Part shown: one piece after another, positions 47,941 through 57,079 of the stretch
How positions within the stretch are numbered: position 1 is the first letter of the stretch
How the letters are laid out: every line of letters starts with the position of its first letter
From: Armatimonadota bacterium
GTDB lineage: Bacteria; Armatimonadota; DTGP01; JAKQQT01
Direction: 5' to 3'
DNA length: 64,000 nucleotides
Assembly (NCBI GenBank): GCA_036504095.1
Contig: DASXVS010000069.1
Span: forward strand, 14,887 to 78,886
Notes under the pieces: model-generated
The model's input: the letters and a program-made list of their open reading frames with translations, nothing else
What the model was told of the DNA's origin: nothing
The model's database searches: none
Program-made: the position numbers and the translations under genes

Positions 47941-48399
47941 TTACGGTCGCAACTGTATGCCTGGCTGGGACATTGCTTCGCCTAGAAGGTGCACAAACGG
48001 CAAGGCAGGGTGGACGGCCTTGTGGAATTGGGCGTCGGCGGTCCAGAACTCACAATCACGGAGATCAGCAAGCGCAGCGTAGAGCGAGTCGTAAACGAAC
48101 CGCTGATTGAACTGCTCCGCAATGGCGCGAGCGCGCTGTCGAAGATCAGGGTGGTCGACTATCTCCACGGGCGCCGCGTCCAAAAGGTGGTAAGCTACGA
48201 TGGCTTGATCCGGTAGTAGGTTCCCTTTATAGGCGTGCTTCCGAATAACGCTATCAGTTTCCGCCGTAAAGATATGTGGCGCAATCAGGCGGACGGACCC
48301 TTCGGCACTTTCGCGCAACAGCGCCATCGCCTCGGAGCGGTTAGTTTCGCTGTCGAGAGCCCACTTCACTGCAACGCTCGCATCGACGCAACGCTCCAT
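47941..48399 (-). CDS. vapC: PIN-domain toxin, VapC family
   Basis: N-terminal acidic residue context (CVDASVAVKW), YDSLYAALA and a distal TAD motif. Start overlaps the upstream small gene. Confidence 0.8.
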   Translation of the reverse strand: MERCVDASVAVKWALDSETNRSEAMALLRESAEGSVRLIAPHIFTAETDSVIRKHAYKGNLLPDQAIVAYHLLDAAPVEIVDHPDLRQRARAIAEQFNQRFVYDSLYAALADLRDCEFWTADAQFHKAVHPALPFVHLLGEAMSQPGIQLRP

Positions 48400-48635
48400 C
48401 AGAGCTGGCTCGCTCTCTCCTCACGTATTCCGCGGACGGTTTCCGCGGAATCCGTCACGCCTTGGGTGTGGGCAGGATCATTGAGACACATCCTGAGGAA
48501 TTCCTCCGGCCGGACTCCCCCAACCTGTCGGTTTACCCGAGCAAGCCGTTGGGAGACTCTCTCTATGAGTCCACGCTGATCTTCTTCGCTCATTTCCCGC
48601 ACCAACCAATCGACCTGGTCCAATGTCACCATCAC
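48399..48635 (-). CDS. Putative antitoxin of VapC (78 aa)
   Basis: Small ORF whose stop abuts or overlaps the vapC start. Charged, helical. Confidence 0.6.
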   Translation of the reverse strand: MMVTLDQVDWLVREMSEEDQRGLIERVSQRLARVNRQVGGVRPEEFLRMCLNDPAHTQGVTDSAETVRGIREERASQL

Positions 48636-48736
48636 TCTACCTCCGTCCCCCGTGATATCTCGATTCTACCATAACATCAATCCCCTCCGCCTCCTAGTGC
48701 CTTCTGCCTCCGATGCGGTTAGGACCCCTTGGAATA

Positions 48737-49858
48737 TCACGCCACCTTCCCCGCCACAGCCTCCGCCATCTCAGAAGTAGTGTTCGTGCCGCCCATGTCG
48801 TACGTGCGGACCTTGCCTTCGGCGATCACCGCGGCAACAGCCTCGTCTATGGCGGTTCCCTTCTCCGTCTCGCCCAGGTAGTCCAGCATCATTCGGGCGG
48901 CCAGGATCGTGGCGATGGGGTTCACCTTGTTCTGGCCCGTATACTTCGGGGCGGAGCCGTGGCTCGGCTCGAATACCGCCACCTTGTCACCGATGTTTCC
49001 GCTGCAGCCAAAGCCCAGGCCACCGACCATTTGCGCGCACAGGTCCGAGATGATGTCCCCGTACAGGTTCGGCGCCACGAGGACGTCGTAGTTGAAGGGG
49101 TCCTTCAGCAGCCACATACACATCGCGTCGATGTTGGCCTCGTCCATCGCGATCTCGGGGAAGTCCTTCGCCACCTCGCGCGCGCAATCCAGGAAAAGGC
49201 CGTCGGTCGCGCGGACCACGTTGGCCTTGTGCACCACCGTGACCTTCTTCCGCCCGAACTTGCGGGCGTACTCGAATGCGGCGCGAACGATACGCTCCGA
49301 CCCCTTGCGCGTGTTGACCTTGCAGGAAACGGCGTAGTCGTCCGGGTCCAGCCCGGCGAACGCGGAGAACGGTTTCGAGAGCGCGCTCAGTGTGGAAGCC
49401 AGCTCCGGAGGCACGGGCGAAAACTCAACGCCGGCGTAAAGGTCCTCGGTGTTCTCGCGGAATACCACAAGATCGATGCCTTCACGGTAGTTCAGCGGGT
49501 TGCCGGAATACGCCCGGCACGGTCGCAGGCACACGTAGAGCTCGAACATCTGGCGCATCCGGACGATGGGAGAACGGTACGCCAGGCCCTTTTCGCGAAG
49601 TTCAGGGGCGAGTTCGGCCATCGCGGCTTTGGCGGGCTTGGAGGTTATGGCGCCGAACATGGCGGCGTCCACGGACCGGAGGAGGTCGATCGTTCGCTGG
49701 GGAAGAGCGTCGCCCTCGCGACACCAGAACTCCCATCCGATATCGCCTTGGACGTAATCCGCGTCCAGTGCGACGGCGTCCAGCACAACGCGGGCGGCGT
49801 CCATCACGTCGGCGCCCACGCCGTCGCCGGGCAGCCAGGCAATGCGGTACTTAGCCAC
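48737..49858 (-). CDS. Isocitrate/isopropylmalate dehydrogenase family protein (LeuB-like)
   Basis: YRIAWLPGDGVGADV, FGAITSKP, RENTEDLYAG, NLYGDIISDL, GSAPKY. Confidence 0.88.
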   Translation of the reverse strand: MAKYRIAWLPGDGVGADVMDAARVVLDAVALDADYVQGDIGWEFWCREGDALPQRTIDLLRSVDAAMFGAITSKPAKAAMAELAPELREKGLAYRSPIVRMRQMFELYVCLRPCRAYSGNPLNYREGIDLVVFRENTEDLYAGVEFSPVPPELASTLSALSKPFSAFAGLDPDDYAVSCKVNTRKGSERIVRAAFEYARKFGRKKVTVVHKANVVRATDGLFLDCAREVAKDFPEIAMDEANIDAMCMWLLKDPFNYDVLVAPNLYGDIISDLCAQMVGGLGFGCSGNIGDKVAVFEPSHGSAPKYTGQNKVNPIATILAARMMLDYLGETEKGTAIDEAVAAVIAEGKVRTYDMGGTNTTSEMAEAVAGKVA

Positions 49859-50185
49859 AGTAACCTCCCTTTATCGGCGAGCGAGCCCCCTTGGTTGCAC
49901 GGGGCTGATAACAGTTTAGCAAGGATGCGGGCCGGACGCGTGCGTCCATTCAAACACGACTGAAGTCGGCGGGGCGCGCCCCCGTCGAGCCACACTGTCA
50001 CCAGTCCCGGCCCCACTTTGGCCTCCCGTCGCTGTTTGTAGTAATATAAACTAAGCGAACCGGCTTCTCTCGTTGATGCGGCCGCCGCGTTGACCGGAGT
50101 TGTCCTTTCGCCATGAGTCCTCCTCATCTCTCATAATTCGTGGGTTTCTCTTCTGGCCCTTTCTGGGCGGAAAGGGGCTGTACCT

Positions 50186-51316
50186 GTGAAAGACATCCGG
50201 TCACTGCTCGACATCTGCATCGATCGTGACGGCTCGGACCTCCATATCGAGGCGGGCGAACCTCCTGTACTGCGCTTGCACGGTCGTCTCGTGCGCCTGA
50301 GGGAACTCGGCGAGCTTACGGGGGATGACACCGAGCACCTGATGAAGGCCATCGCCTCCCCCCGCTCCCAACAGGAGATCGAAGAGCGCGGCGGGGCGGA
50401 TTTTGGATTCACCTATCCCGGGCGCGGGCGGTTCCGCGTATCGGTTTTTCAGCAGCGCAACTCCATCGCCATCAACATGCGCCTCATTCCGTTTCGCCTG
50501 CTGTCGTTCGAGCAGTTGGGCCTTTCCGCCAGCGTTCAGAAATTGCTGCACGCTCCGCGCGGCCTCATCCTCATCACGGGGCCAACCGGCAGCGGGAAGA
50601 CCACCACGCTGGCCACGATGATCGACTACATCAACGTTCATCGCGATGCTCATATCATTACCATCGAAGACCCTATCGAGTATTTCCATTCGCCGAAACA
50701 GAGCATCATCACGCAGCGCGAAGTGCATGTGGACGTGCCTTCATTTGAGGAGGGCGTTATCAAGGCTTTGCGCCAGGACCCGGACGTGATCCTGGTGGGC
50801 GAGATGCGCGACCTCAATACAATCGGCGCCGCCATCACCGCCGCGGAAACAGGCCACCTGGTGCTCTCCACTCTGCACACAACCGGCGCGGCGCGCACTG
50901 TGGACCGCATCACCGACGTTTTCCCGATGGAACAGCAGGAGCAGATCCGCGTGCAGTTGTCCGGCAACCTCACGGCGGTTATCTCACAGCTTCTGCTGCC
51001 CAAAAAGGACGGCAGCGGACGCATCCCGGCGTACGAGATCATGGTCTGCACGCCGGCCATCCAGCACATGATCCGCGACCACAAGACGCACAGCATCTTC
51101 AGCGCCATCCAGACGGGAAGCCAGCTGGGCATGATCGCGCTGGACGACCACCTGGTGCAGCTATACAAGCGCGGCGCGATCGGCAAGGACGAGATGATCC
51201 GTGTAGCGCAGAAGCAGGAAGAGATCTACGAGAAGATCGGCGAAGCGCCGCCGGCCGGCATGGTGAGCATCGCCAAGGCGAACGCGCAGACGCCGAACGC
51301 CGTGGGCAGACAGTAG
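50186..51316 (+). CDS. pilT: Type IV pilus twitching-motility ATPase
   Basis: DLHIEAGEPPVLRLHG, GPTGSGKTTTLA, ITIEDPIEY, ILVGEMRD, TGHLVLSTLHT. GTG start. Confidence 0.92.
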   Translation: MKDIRSLLDICIDRDGSDLHIEAGEPPVLRLHGRLVRLRELGELTGDDTEHLMKAIASPRSQQEIEERGGADFGFTYPGRGRFRVSVFQQRNSIAINMRLIPFRLLSFEQLGLSASVQKLLHAPRGLILITGPTGSGKTTTLATMIDYINVHRDAHIITIEDPIEYFHSPKQSIITQREVHVDVPSFEEGVIKALRQDPDVILVGEMRDLNTIGAAITAAETGHLVLSTLHTTGAARTVDRITDVFPMEQQEQIRVQLSGNLTAVISQLLLPKKDGSGRIPAYEIMVCTPAIQHMIRDHKTHSIFSAIQTGSQLGMIALDDHLVQLYKRGAIGKDEMIRVAQKQEEIYEKIGEAPPAGMVSIAKANAQTPNAVGRQ

Positions 51317-51611
51317 GCCGGAAACGAAGAGACGGAAACGATAAAGTATGAACGATGAATTCCGAATCGGCGTACTGAGTATTGAGTGTTGAGTATTGTG
51401 TATTGGGGGCCTTTGGGGGCGTCCGGGCATTGCCTGGGCGCCCCCTCCGCATTCGGTAGCGTGCCGGCGTTGGAACGACGTCGATTGCGTCTTCGGCCGA
51501 CGTCCGATTGAACCTATGATGTTTGTCACAGTGCGGGATGATGGCTTGACCAGCGCGTTTGGGGGGTGGCATCATATACGAACATACGTTTGTATTTCAC
51601 AGAAGAGCGCT

Positions 51612-52166
51612 ATGACCTCACACACTACCAACCTGCAGATCGACGGGTTCCTCCATCGCTGGGCGTTCGTCTCGTACGCCAACATCGAGCATTTCGCCGG
51701 GCGGTCGGCCCAGTGGATGCGTCTTCAGCCACCGCCGCGTTTCGCCGCCGGCGCCCTGCCGGACTGGGGCGTGGGCATCCGGCGGGATGCGCTGCCCGGC
51801 GGGGTGGATGCCGTTTGGAGCCTGGACGACGGGGCGTACGTGATACGCGTTTCGCCGTTCCTCGCCCCGGCGCGCGCGAATTTCACGCTGTGGCACGAGT
51901 GGTTCGAGGTGATGGCGTCGCGCCCCGCCTTTCCCGGCCGCTACACACCGCACCGGCTGGAGCGCCTGGCCGACCTCTACGCGGCCGCCATCACGATGCC
52001 CGCGGATACCGTCGCCCGTTCGCTTAAGGAGTTTCGGGACTCCGGCGATAAGGCGGATGTGATGGCGGCGCGCTTCGGCATCAGCGTGGCCGCCATGCGC
52101 CGGCGGATTCGCGAGTTGGCGCCGGACCGCCGCATCCGGCCGGCGGGATGGGACTCCATCCGCTGA
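51612..52166 (+). CDS. ImmA/IrrE (DUF955)-like protein with a degenerate metal motif
   Basis: NFTLWHEWFEVMAS (H-E-x-x-E in place of HExxH) and LADLYAAAITMPADTV, which match ImmA family landmarks. Confidence 0.5.
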   Translation: MTSHTTNLQIDGFLHRWAFVSYANIEHFAGRSAQWMRLQPPPRFAAGALPDWGVGIRRDALPGGVDAVWSLDDGAYVIRVSPFLAPARANFTLWHEWFEVMASRPAFPGRYTPHRLERLADLYAAAITMPADTVARSLKEFRDSGDKADVMAARFGISVAAMRRRIRELAPDRRIRPAGWDSIR

Positions 52167-52293
52167 GACGATCGGAAGCCCGATCCACGCTGCCGCATGT
52201 GGAGACGCCTGCGTTCCGTGGTTTGAGCACTCGCCGGGCGTGGGTATCTTAACGGTAATCCGGCTGAGGTGTCTTAAGGGGGGCGAAGCGCGC

Positions 52294-52581
52294 ATGGTGA
52301 ACCTGAATCAATTCGAGGTTGATCGCATTGGAGCCGTGATCCGCGCGGAAGAGGCCAACCGGATGAGCACGTGGATGTACATCTCCTGCCGGCTTCTGGC
52401 CGCCCGCGGCCTGCTGGAGTTCAAGGGCATGAGCACCCGGCTGGGCCAGCCCGACTATTTCGTGTACGGCGACCCGCAGACGGGCGCGATTTACGCGGTC
52501 CAGCGCCCCGCCATCGGCGCGGACGCGGAGGGCCTGCTGGTGGACCGCATGGTTACCCTCACCCGCGGCCTGCCGAACTGA
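52294..52581 (+). CDS. Hypothetical protein (95 aa)
   Basis: ATG at 52294. Follows the ImmA-like gene. No domain recognised. Confidence 0.4.
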   Translation: MVNLNQFEVDRIGAVIRAEEANRMSTWMYISCRLLAARGLLEFKGMSTRLGQPDYFVYGDPQTGAIYAVQRPAIGADAEGLLVDRMVTLTRGLPN

Positions 52582-52796
52582 CCAACCGGACAGGACACAC
52601 CATTTTCCGAGGCCACGGCCCGCCACCCGGCGGGCTGTGAACGTTTTTGGCGGGCAGACGCGTCATAATGGGGGCAGTGAAGGGTTCTTGGCAGGCCGCC
52701 GGCGCGAAAATCGGGAAATGGACGATGGAAGTTTGAGGTTGGACTTGGGAATTCCAACCTCTATCGTCTAGCTTCCAACGTCCACTTTGCGGAGTT

Positions 52797-53366
52797 AACC
52801 TGTACGGCTACGTGGGCGGGGACCCGGTGAACGGGAGCGATCCAAGCGGGCTGCGTGGAATACGGTTTGGCAGGTTCCACCTCTTCGACGACGGAAGGCC
52901 GTACCTTGAATTCACCGACGATTCGTTGGGCGACCTCGGGAAAGGCGCCGCAGCGACTGTGGACGGGATTATTCCTTTCGGAGATCCGTTGAAGGGCGTT
53001 TACGCTGACTCGTGCGGCAAGGTAGCTCCTGAGTACGAGGTTAGCCAGTTTCTGGGTGGCAGTTCGCGCGATATCCTGCTGTTGGCAGCCGGAATGCCAG
53101 GGACGCTGAAGCCGTTCACGCAAGCGGGTGCAACCGAGGAGACATCATTGGCTTCCATCGCGTTCAGGAAGCTGTTCAGGGGTGTCAAACTTCCTCCTGG
53201 CGTTAAGCTACCAGCCCCGACGTATTTGGATCTGACCATCAAAAGTTCAAAAGTCGGTACTGTCTTAGGCCGGGCTGCACCACTATACGCATGGATGCAA
53301 CTGAACTGGGATATTGGATGGTTCAGCGAACCGTACTTGCTAGGCGGTCTCGATGGAAAACATTGA
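52797..53366 (+). CDS. Orphan RHS core end (NLYGYVGGDPVNGSDPSGL) plus C-terminal toxin-like tip
   Basis: The frame opens only at 52737. The first start-like codon is GTG at 52812. The conserved RHS terminal motif is followed by about 170 aa of unique sequence. Confidence 0.55.
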   Translation, partial: NLYGYVGGDPVNGSDPSGLRGIRFGRFHLFDDGRPYLEFTDDSLGDLGKGAAATVDGIIPFGDPLKGVYADSCGKVAPEYEVSQFLGGSSRDILLLAAGMPGTLKPFTQAGATEETSLASIAFRKLFRGVKLPPGVKLPAPTYLDLTIKSSKVGTVLGRAAPLYAWMQLNWDIGWFSEPYLLGGLDGKH

Positions 53367-53784
53367 TGGCAGTGGCTATGGTTGCCTCAGTTTCCTGGCT
53401 TTGTTCGGTATTTGGGCGACTATGCTGAACATTCGGTTTCGGCGGTTCGCGCGTTCTCGGCACGGCATACAGGAGAGCCTGTATGAGCATCATTTCGCTT
53501 CCGATCCGGAGCTGCTCGAAGTTGCACTGGCGGTCCGTGCCGAGATCCGGGATCTTCTGGTGGATCCTGACTTTGTAGTGTATCCAGACGATGATCTGCA
53601 GGACACACTGGACCTATGTATTGACGACATTGAAGATTCATCCCTCAAACTGCTGAGCCAATTTGGGAGAACGAGCATACCGCAACGGGAAGAGATGGCT
53701 GGCTGGCCCGCGACCAGGACCGTTGAGGATTGGGTGCGCTTCATAGTCAGATTCAGGCATGAGGCAACGGATTCCGGTAGGTAG
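53353..53784 (+). CDS. Putative immunity protein (143 aa)
   Basis: The ATG overlaps the toxin-tip stop by 14 nt. N-terminal hydrophobic helix, then an acidic domain. Confidence 0.5.
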   Translation: MENIDGSGYGCLSFLALFGIWATMLNIRFRRFARSRHGIQESLYEHHFASDPELLEVALAVRAEIRDLLVDPDFVVYPDDDLQDTLDLCIDDIEDSSLKLLSQFGRTSIPQREEMAGWPATRTVEDWVRFIVRFRHEATDSGR

Positions 53785-53903
53785 GAGCAGGCCGGTGAGC
53801 CGTTCGGCTACCAGGGTCAGTGGGGTTACTGCACAGACGCGGAGACCACCACCGGCAGCTGGCAAACGTCGCCCGATGTTAGACACTCCTGGGATAAGCC
53901 AAA

Positions 53904-54242
53904 TTGACCGCACCAATCATCTTGTTGGAACTTGACGATCGGAGTGTCTGGGCGTTCAGAACGGTCGCCGAGGCATCGGCTTGGCCAGAGGCGGTAGATG
54001 TCGAAAATGGCGAATACGTCGCATGGGATAGCCAAGGCATTCGGCTCACCATGGCCGTGTTGGACGGGCGCGTCGTACTGGAGGAAGAGCGAAACGGGGT
54101 AAGCGAGGGTGCGGAACTGGAGGCTGCGCTCCGATCCCACCTGACGCGAGGCGGATCGCCCCTGTTTCCCCCAAACGCACCTGTTGAAGTGCTTATCGAT
54201 CTGGCACTGACCGATTGTGACGCAGAGAGGCAAAGAACGTAG
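53904..54242 (+). CDS. Hypothetical acidic protein (112 aa), possible second immunity gene
   Basis: ORF with a TTG start and weak SD. Composition is typical of small immunity proteins. Confidence 0.4.
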   Translation: MTAPIILLELDDRSVWAFRTVAEASAWPEAVDVENGEYVAWDSQGIRLTMAVLDGRVVLEEERNGVSEGAELEAALRSHLTRGGSPLFPPNAPVEVLIDLALTDCDAERQRT

Positions 54243-54479
54243 AATTCAGCCGTTAACCGGGTCTGCAAGGTCGTCCGGCGGGTGCTGAAGCCTTGGAGCC
54301 GGTAGCCGGGGGATGTCATGTCTCGGCTTCTTCGCCCGCTGCCCCAACCTCAGGTGGTAGCATTCCGCAAGCTGCCAATAAACGGTGGAAGTCGGACCGA
54401 ATGACCGGCGGGACCCATACGGGCGGGACGCCGGTCGTACCGGCGGCTCGCGGCATCCATCCACCCTCCAAAAAAAGAC

Positions 54480-54509
54480 TTGACAGCCGTTGCGGCCGCA
54501 GGCTATTAT
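54480..54509 (+). promoter_or_regulatory. Near-consensus sigma-70 promoter
   Basis: TTGACA (54480-54485), 18-nt spacer, TATTAT (54504-54509). Confidence 0.55.
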
Positions 54510-54562
54510 CTTTTTTCGGCGCCTCCTCGCGAGGCGACCACCATCTGAAAGGAGCGGTAAGC

Positions 54563-54673
54563 ATGCACAACCTGTTCAACACCATCGAATCGGCGCAATG
54601 GACCTGCCTTGTCGGCGGATCCGATTCGCCTCGCCTTGCCGCGCCCCCTGCCCCCATGGGAGGAGATGCCTGA
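54563..54673 (+). CDS. Small ORF, 36 aa (MHNLFNTIESAQWTCLVGGSDSPRLAAPPAPMGGDA)
   Basis: AAAGGAG lies 8 nt upstream of the ATG. Sits between the promoter at 54480 and the terminator at 54696. Confidence 0.4.
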   Translation: MHNLFNTIESAQWTCLVGGSDSPRLAAPPAPMGGDA

Positions 54674-54695
54674 CCGCGTCTCACCTAACCTTGCG

Positions 54696-54742
54696 GGTCC
54701 CGGGTCTCGGCGAAGAATCGCCGGGACCATTTTGGTTTTTGG
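54696..54742 (+). terminator. Intrinsic terminator
   Basis: ggtcccgg...ccgggacc with an inner cggcga/tcgccg stem, followed by ATTTTGGTTTTT. Confidence 0.6.
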
Positions 54743-54893
54743 GGCCGCAGGGCACGTAACCATGCGCTTTCCGCCTCCGTAAAGGACTCCGGAAAACGCA
54801 CCGCCAATCGGCGGATATTCATAAGGCCGAGATTAAGGCCGTTAGAAATCCGATGTCTCAGAAGCTGAGGCAACACTGCTGGAGGAGAGGAAA

Positions 54894-55208
54894 GTGGAAA
54901 TTCAGACCGTAAAAAGCCCGTACGCCGCGCCCGAAGCGCTCCGCACGCGCACGCGGCCATTCGCTCCGGCGAGTGCTCGCCGGCGTCCCGTGGCCACCTG
55001 GCAGGCACATGCCCAGGCGGCGCTCGGCGCCAAACTGGAAACCCGGACCGCAATTGTCATCACCGATGTGCCGGCGAAAGCCAGCCGGCTGAAGACCGCC
55101 CCGGCGCGCAGCCGAACTGCGCCGCGGGTGTGGGATTGGTGGCAGGTGATCGCGCCGGTCGCCATCGCACTTTGCGCCATCGCTCAGTTGGCGCAGAGCG
55201 TCCGATGA
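54894..55208 (+). CDS. Hypothetical tail-anchored membrane protein (104 aa)
   Basis: GGAGGAGAGG SD then GTG. C-terminal TM WDWWQVIAPVAIALCAIAQLA. Arg/Ala-rich body, so the coding status is uncertain. Confidence 0.35.
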   Translation: MEIQTVKSPYAAPEALRTRTRPFAPASARRRPVATWQAHAQAALGAKLETRTAIVITDVPAKASRLKTAPARSRTAPRVWDWWQVIAPVAIALCAIAQLAQSVR

Positions 55209-55285
55209 CACGCCGCGCACAAAAGCCCGGCCGGAAGAGATTGGGGGAACGAGACGATGAGTCCTGTTCCCCCATTCTCTGTTTC

Positions 55286-55530
55286 GGGGGTCAGGATTCA
55301 GGGGTCAGGATTCAGCATTCAGGATCCGGCATCCAGCATCCAGCATCCAGGGTCGGGATTCAGGGGTCAGGATTCAGAATTCAGGATCCGGCATCCAGCA
55401 TCCAGCATCCAGGGTCGGGATTCAGGGGTCAGGATTCAGAATTCAGAATTCAGGATCCAGCATCCGGCATCCAGCATCCAGGGTCAGGGTTCAGGGGGCA
55501 AGGGGCAGGGCTCAGGAGCCAGGGGACAGG
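55286..55530. repeat. Higher-order tandem repeat (62-bp period) built from 6-7 nt words (caggatt, cagcatc)
   Basis: ggtcgggattcagg recurs at 55351 and 55413. The flanks are degenerate. Confidence 0.85.
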
Positions 55531-55600
55531 AAACTCGATGGAGGCTGGATCAGCGGATGATTCAGCCTCCATCTTCATAGTTCCTGTTTCCCGCTTGCGG

Positions 55601-56434
55601 TCAGGGTGTTGTCGCTGCCGGTTCGGCGGGTTGCGACGAAGGGCTGGCGGCGTTCAAATCGGCAACTCCGGATTGGGCGCGGGAACGCCATTCCTTCAGG
55701 CGCGCGATGTGGTCGGGATCCTGTTCGGAGGCCAGCAGCGTATCGCACATCGAGATTTCGCGCTCGTACAGGGATTTGGCGCCGGTGGCGTCGGAGTTAT
55801 TGACGCGGATTTCGGCGGCGGCGTGGATGGCGCTGATAGATGCGTCCGCGGTGGGATCCGCGTCGGCCATCTGCACGAGCAGCCGGGTGACACCGTCCCA
55901 GTCGCCTTGATCGGCCTTGTTGCCGGCCAGGCGCACGAACTCCTGCTGATCCTTGGTGAGGGTTTCGTTCTGCAGCCACGCGAGGATGGTATTGCTGGAT
56001 TCGTTGGGCGGCGCGCCGGGGATCTCCTTGATCTTCATCCTGGGCTGGGGGACGCCCGGCTTCACCGGCGGCACGTACGTTGGGGTGATGTCATTGGCCG
56101 GGGTTTCGTTTCGCGCGATGGACGGGGGGTTGGCATGCAGGCGCGCCAGATTGACCCCGTTTCTAACACCGGCGTCGTACGCGATGATGGCGAGGATCAT
56201 GCCGGCGAGGGCGACGCTGGTTGTGGGGATCCACGCCCAGTTCCGCTGGTGCACCGGCTGGCGAAGGCGCAGGTCGTCGGCGATGACCGTCATCAGCCGG
56301 CGGTAGCTTTCATCTTCACCCGGCGCGGCCGGTTCAACCATTGCCGCGCGCAGGGTGGCTACTGTTCCGGGATCTTCGCAGATCCGCTCTTCCTGCCGCC
56401 TGCCATGCAGCATCCAGGACCATAGATTACCCAC
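55601..56434 (-). CDS. Single-pass membrane protein downstream of an ECF sigma, putative anti-sigma factor
   Basis: Position after the sigma gene. TM WIPTTSVALAGMILAIIAY. Helical C-terminal domain. No zf-HC2 motif. Confidence 0.5.
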   Translation of the reverse strand: MGNLWSWMLHGRRQEERICEDPGTVATLRAAMVEPAAPGEDESYRRLMTVIADDLRLRQPVHQRNWAWIPTTSVALAGMILAIIAYDAGVRNGVNLARLHANPPSIARNETPANDITPTYVPPVKPGVPQPRMKIKEIPGAPPNESSNTILAWLQNETLTKDQQEFVRLAGNKADQGDWDGVTRLLVQMADADPTADASISAIHAAAEIRVNNSDATGAKSLYEREISMCDTLLASEQDPDHIARLKEWRSRAQSGVADLNAASPSSQPAEPAATTP

Positions 56435-56485
56435 GATAAGAGCCTCCGAACGGGAGACGCGGCGCCAAACGGTGGTGGTGTAAGG

Positions 56486-57079
56486 TCATTGATCGACGTT
56501 GGGCCGTACATCTTCCGTAAAATACTCGTCCGCACGGATAAGACCGCGCAACTTGGAAATAGCCCGGTGCAGATGGCTTGTGACCGCCGATACCGACGGC
56601 TTGCCGGTCACCAGAGCGATTTCCTTGAGCGACAGTTCCTGCTGATAGGCGAGGGCCAGGATTTCGCGGTCCGCGTCGGAGAGTTGGTCCAGGGCCGCTT
56701 TCACGCGGTCCACGCGCTCCTCTTCGAGTATGCGGTCCAGCAGCGATGGTTCGCCCGAGGGCAGTTCCATCGTCTGGCCTTCTTCCGACTCCAGCGCGCT
56801 GAAAGTCCATGGCTTTCTTGAGCGCTGATGGTCGATCAGCAGATTCCGGGCGATTTTGAGCAGAAACGGGCCAAACCGGCCCTGTTCCCGCACCTCGTAG
56901 TGACCGATGGCGCGATACGCGTTCACGAACGTATCGGCGGCCAGGTCTTTTGACGTTTCCTCATCGCGTATGCACCGATGGAGATAGCCCCACACTCGCT
57001 TGTAGTAGCGTTTGTGGAGTTCGCCGAAGAGGGCAAGGTCGCCCGCCTGCACCTTCCGGATAATCACTTCATCGGTCAT
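56486..57079 (-). CDS. ECF-type sigma-70 family factor
   Basis: Region 2 (DLAADTFVNAYRAIGHYEV) and region 4 (LSLKEIALVTGKPSVSAVTSHLHRAISKL). Confidence 0.88.
   Translation of the reverse strand: MTDEVIIRKVQAGDLALFGELHKRYYKRVWGYLHRCIRDEETSKDLAADTFVNAYRAIGHYEVREQGRFGPFLLKIARNLLIDHQRSRKPWTFSALESEEGQTMELPSGEPSLLDRILEEERVDRVKAALDQLSDADREILALAYQQELSLKEIALVTGKPSVSAVTSHLHRAISKLRGLIRADEYFTEDVRPNVDQ

Noticed and set aside
51546-51578. Sigma-70 promoter for the ImmA-like gene (TTGACC ... CATATA)
   Set aside because: The spacer would be 19-21 nt, too long for a standard promoter. Only the downstream palindrome is reported.
54293-54562. Upstream part of the 126-aa track ORF containing the 36-codon sORF
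   Set aside because: A near-consensus promoter lies inside it (54480-54509), and the SD precedes the internal ATG at 54563. The upstream translation is Gly/Pro/Ala-rich shadow sequence.
55286-55530. Possible CRISPR array, because of the regular 62-bp periodicity
   Set aside because: There are no unique spacers. The whole block is built from the same 6-7 nt words, no cas genes are nearby, and the repeats are not discrete palindromic units.
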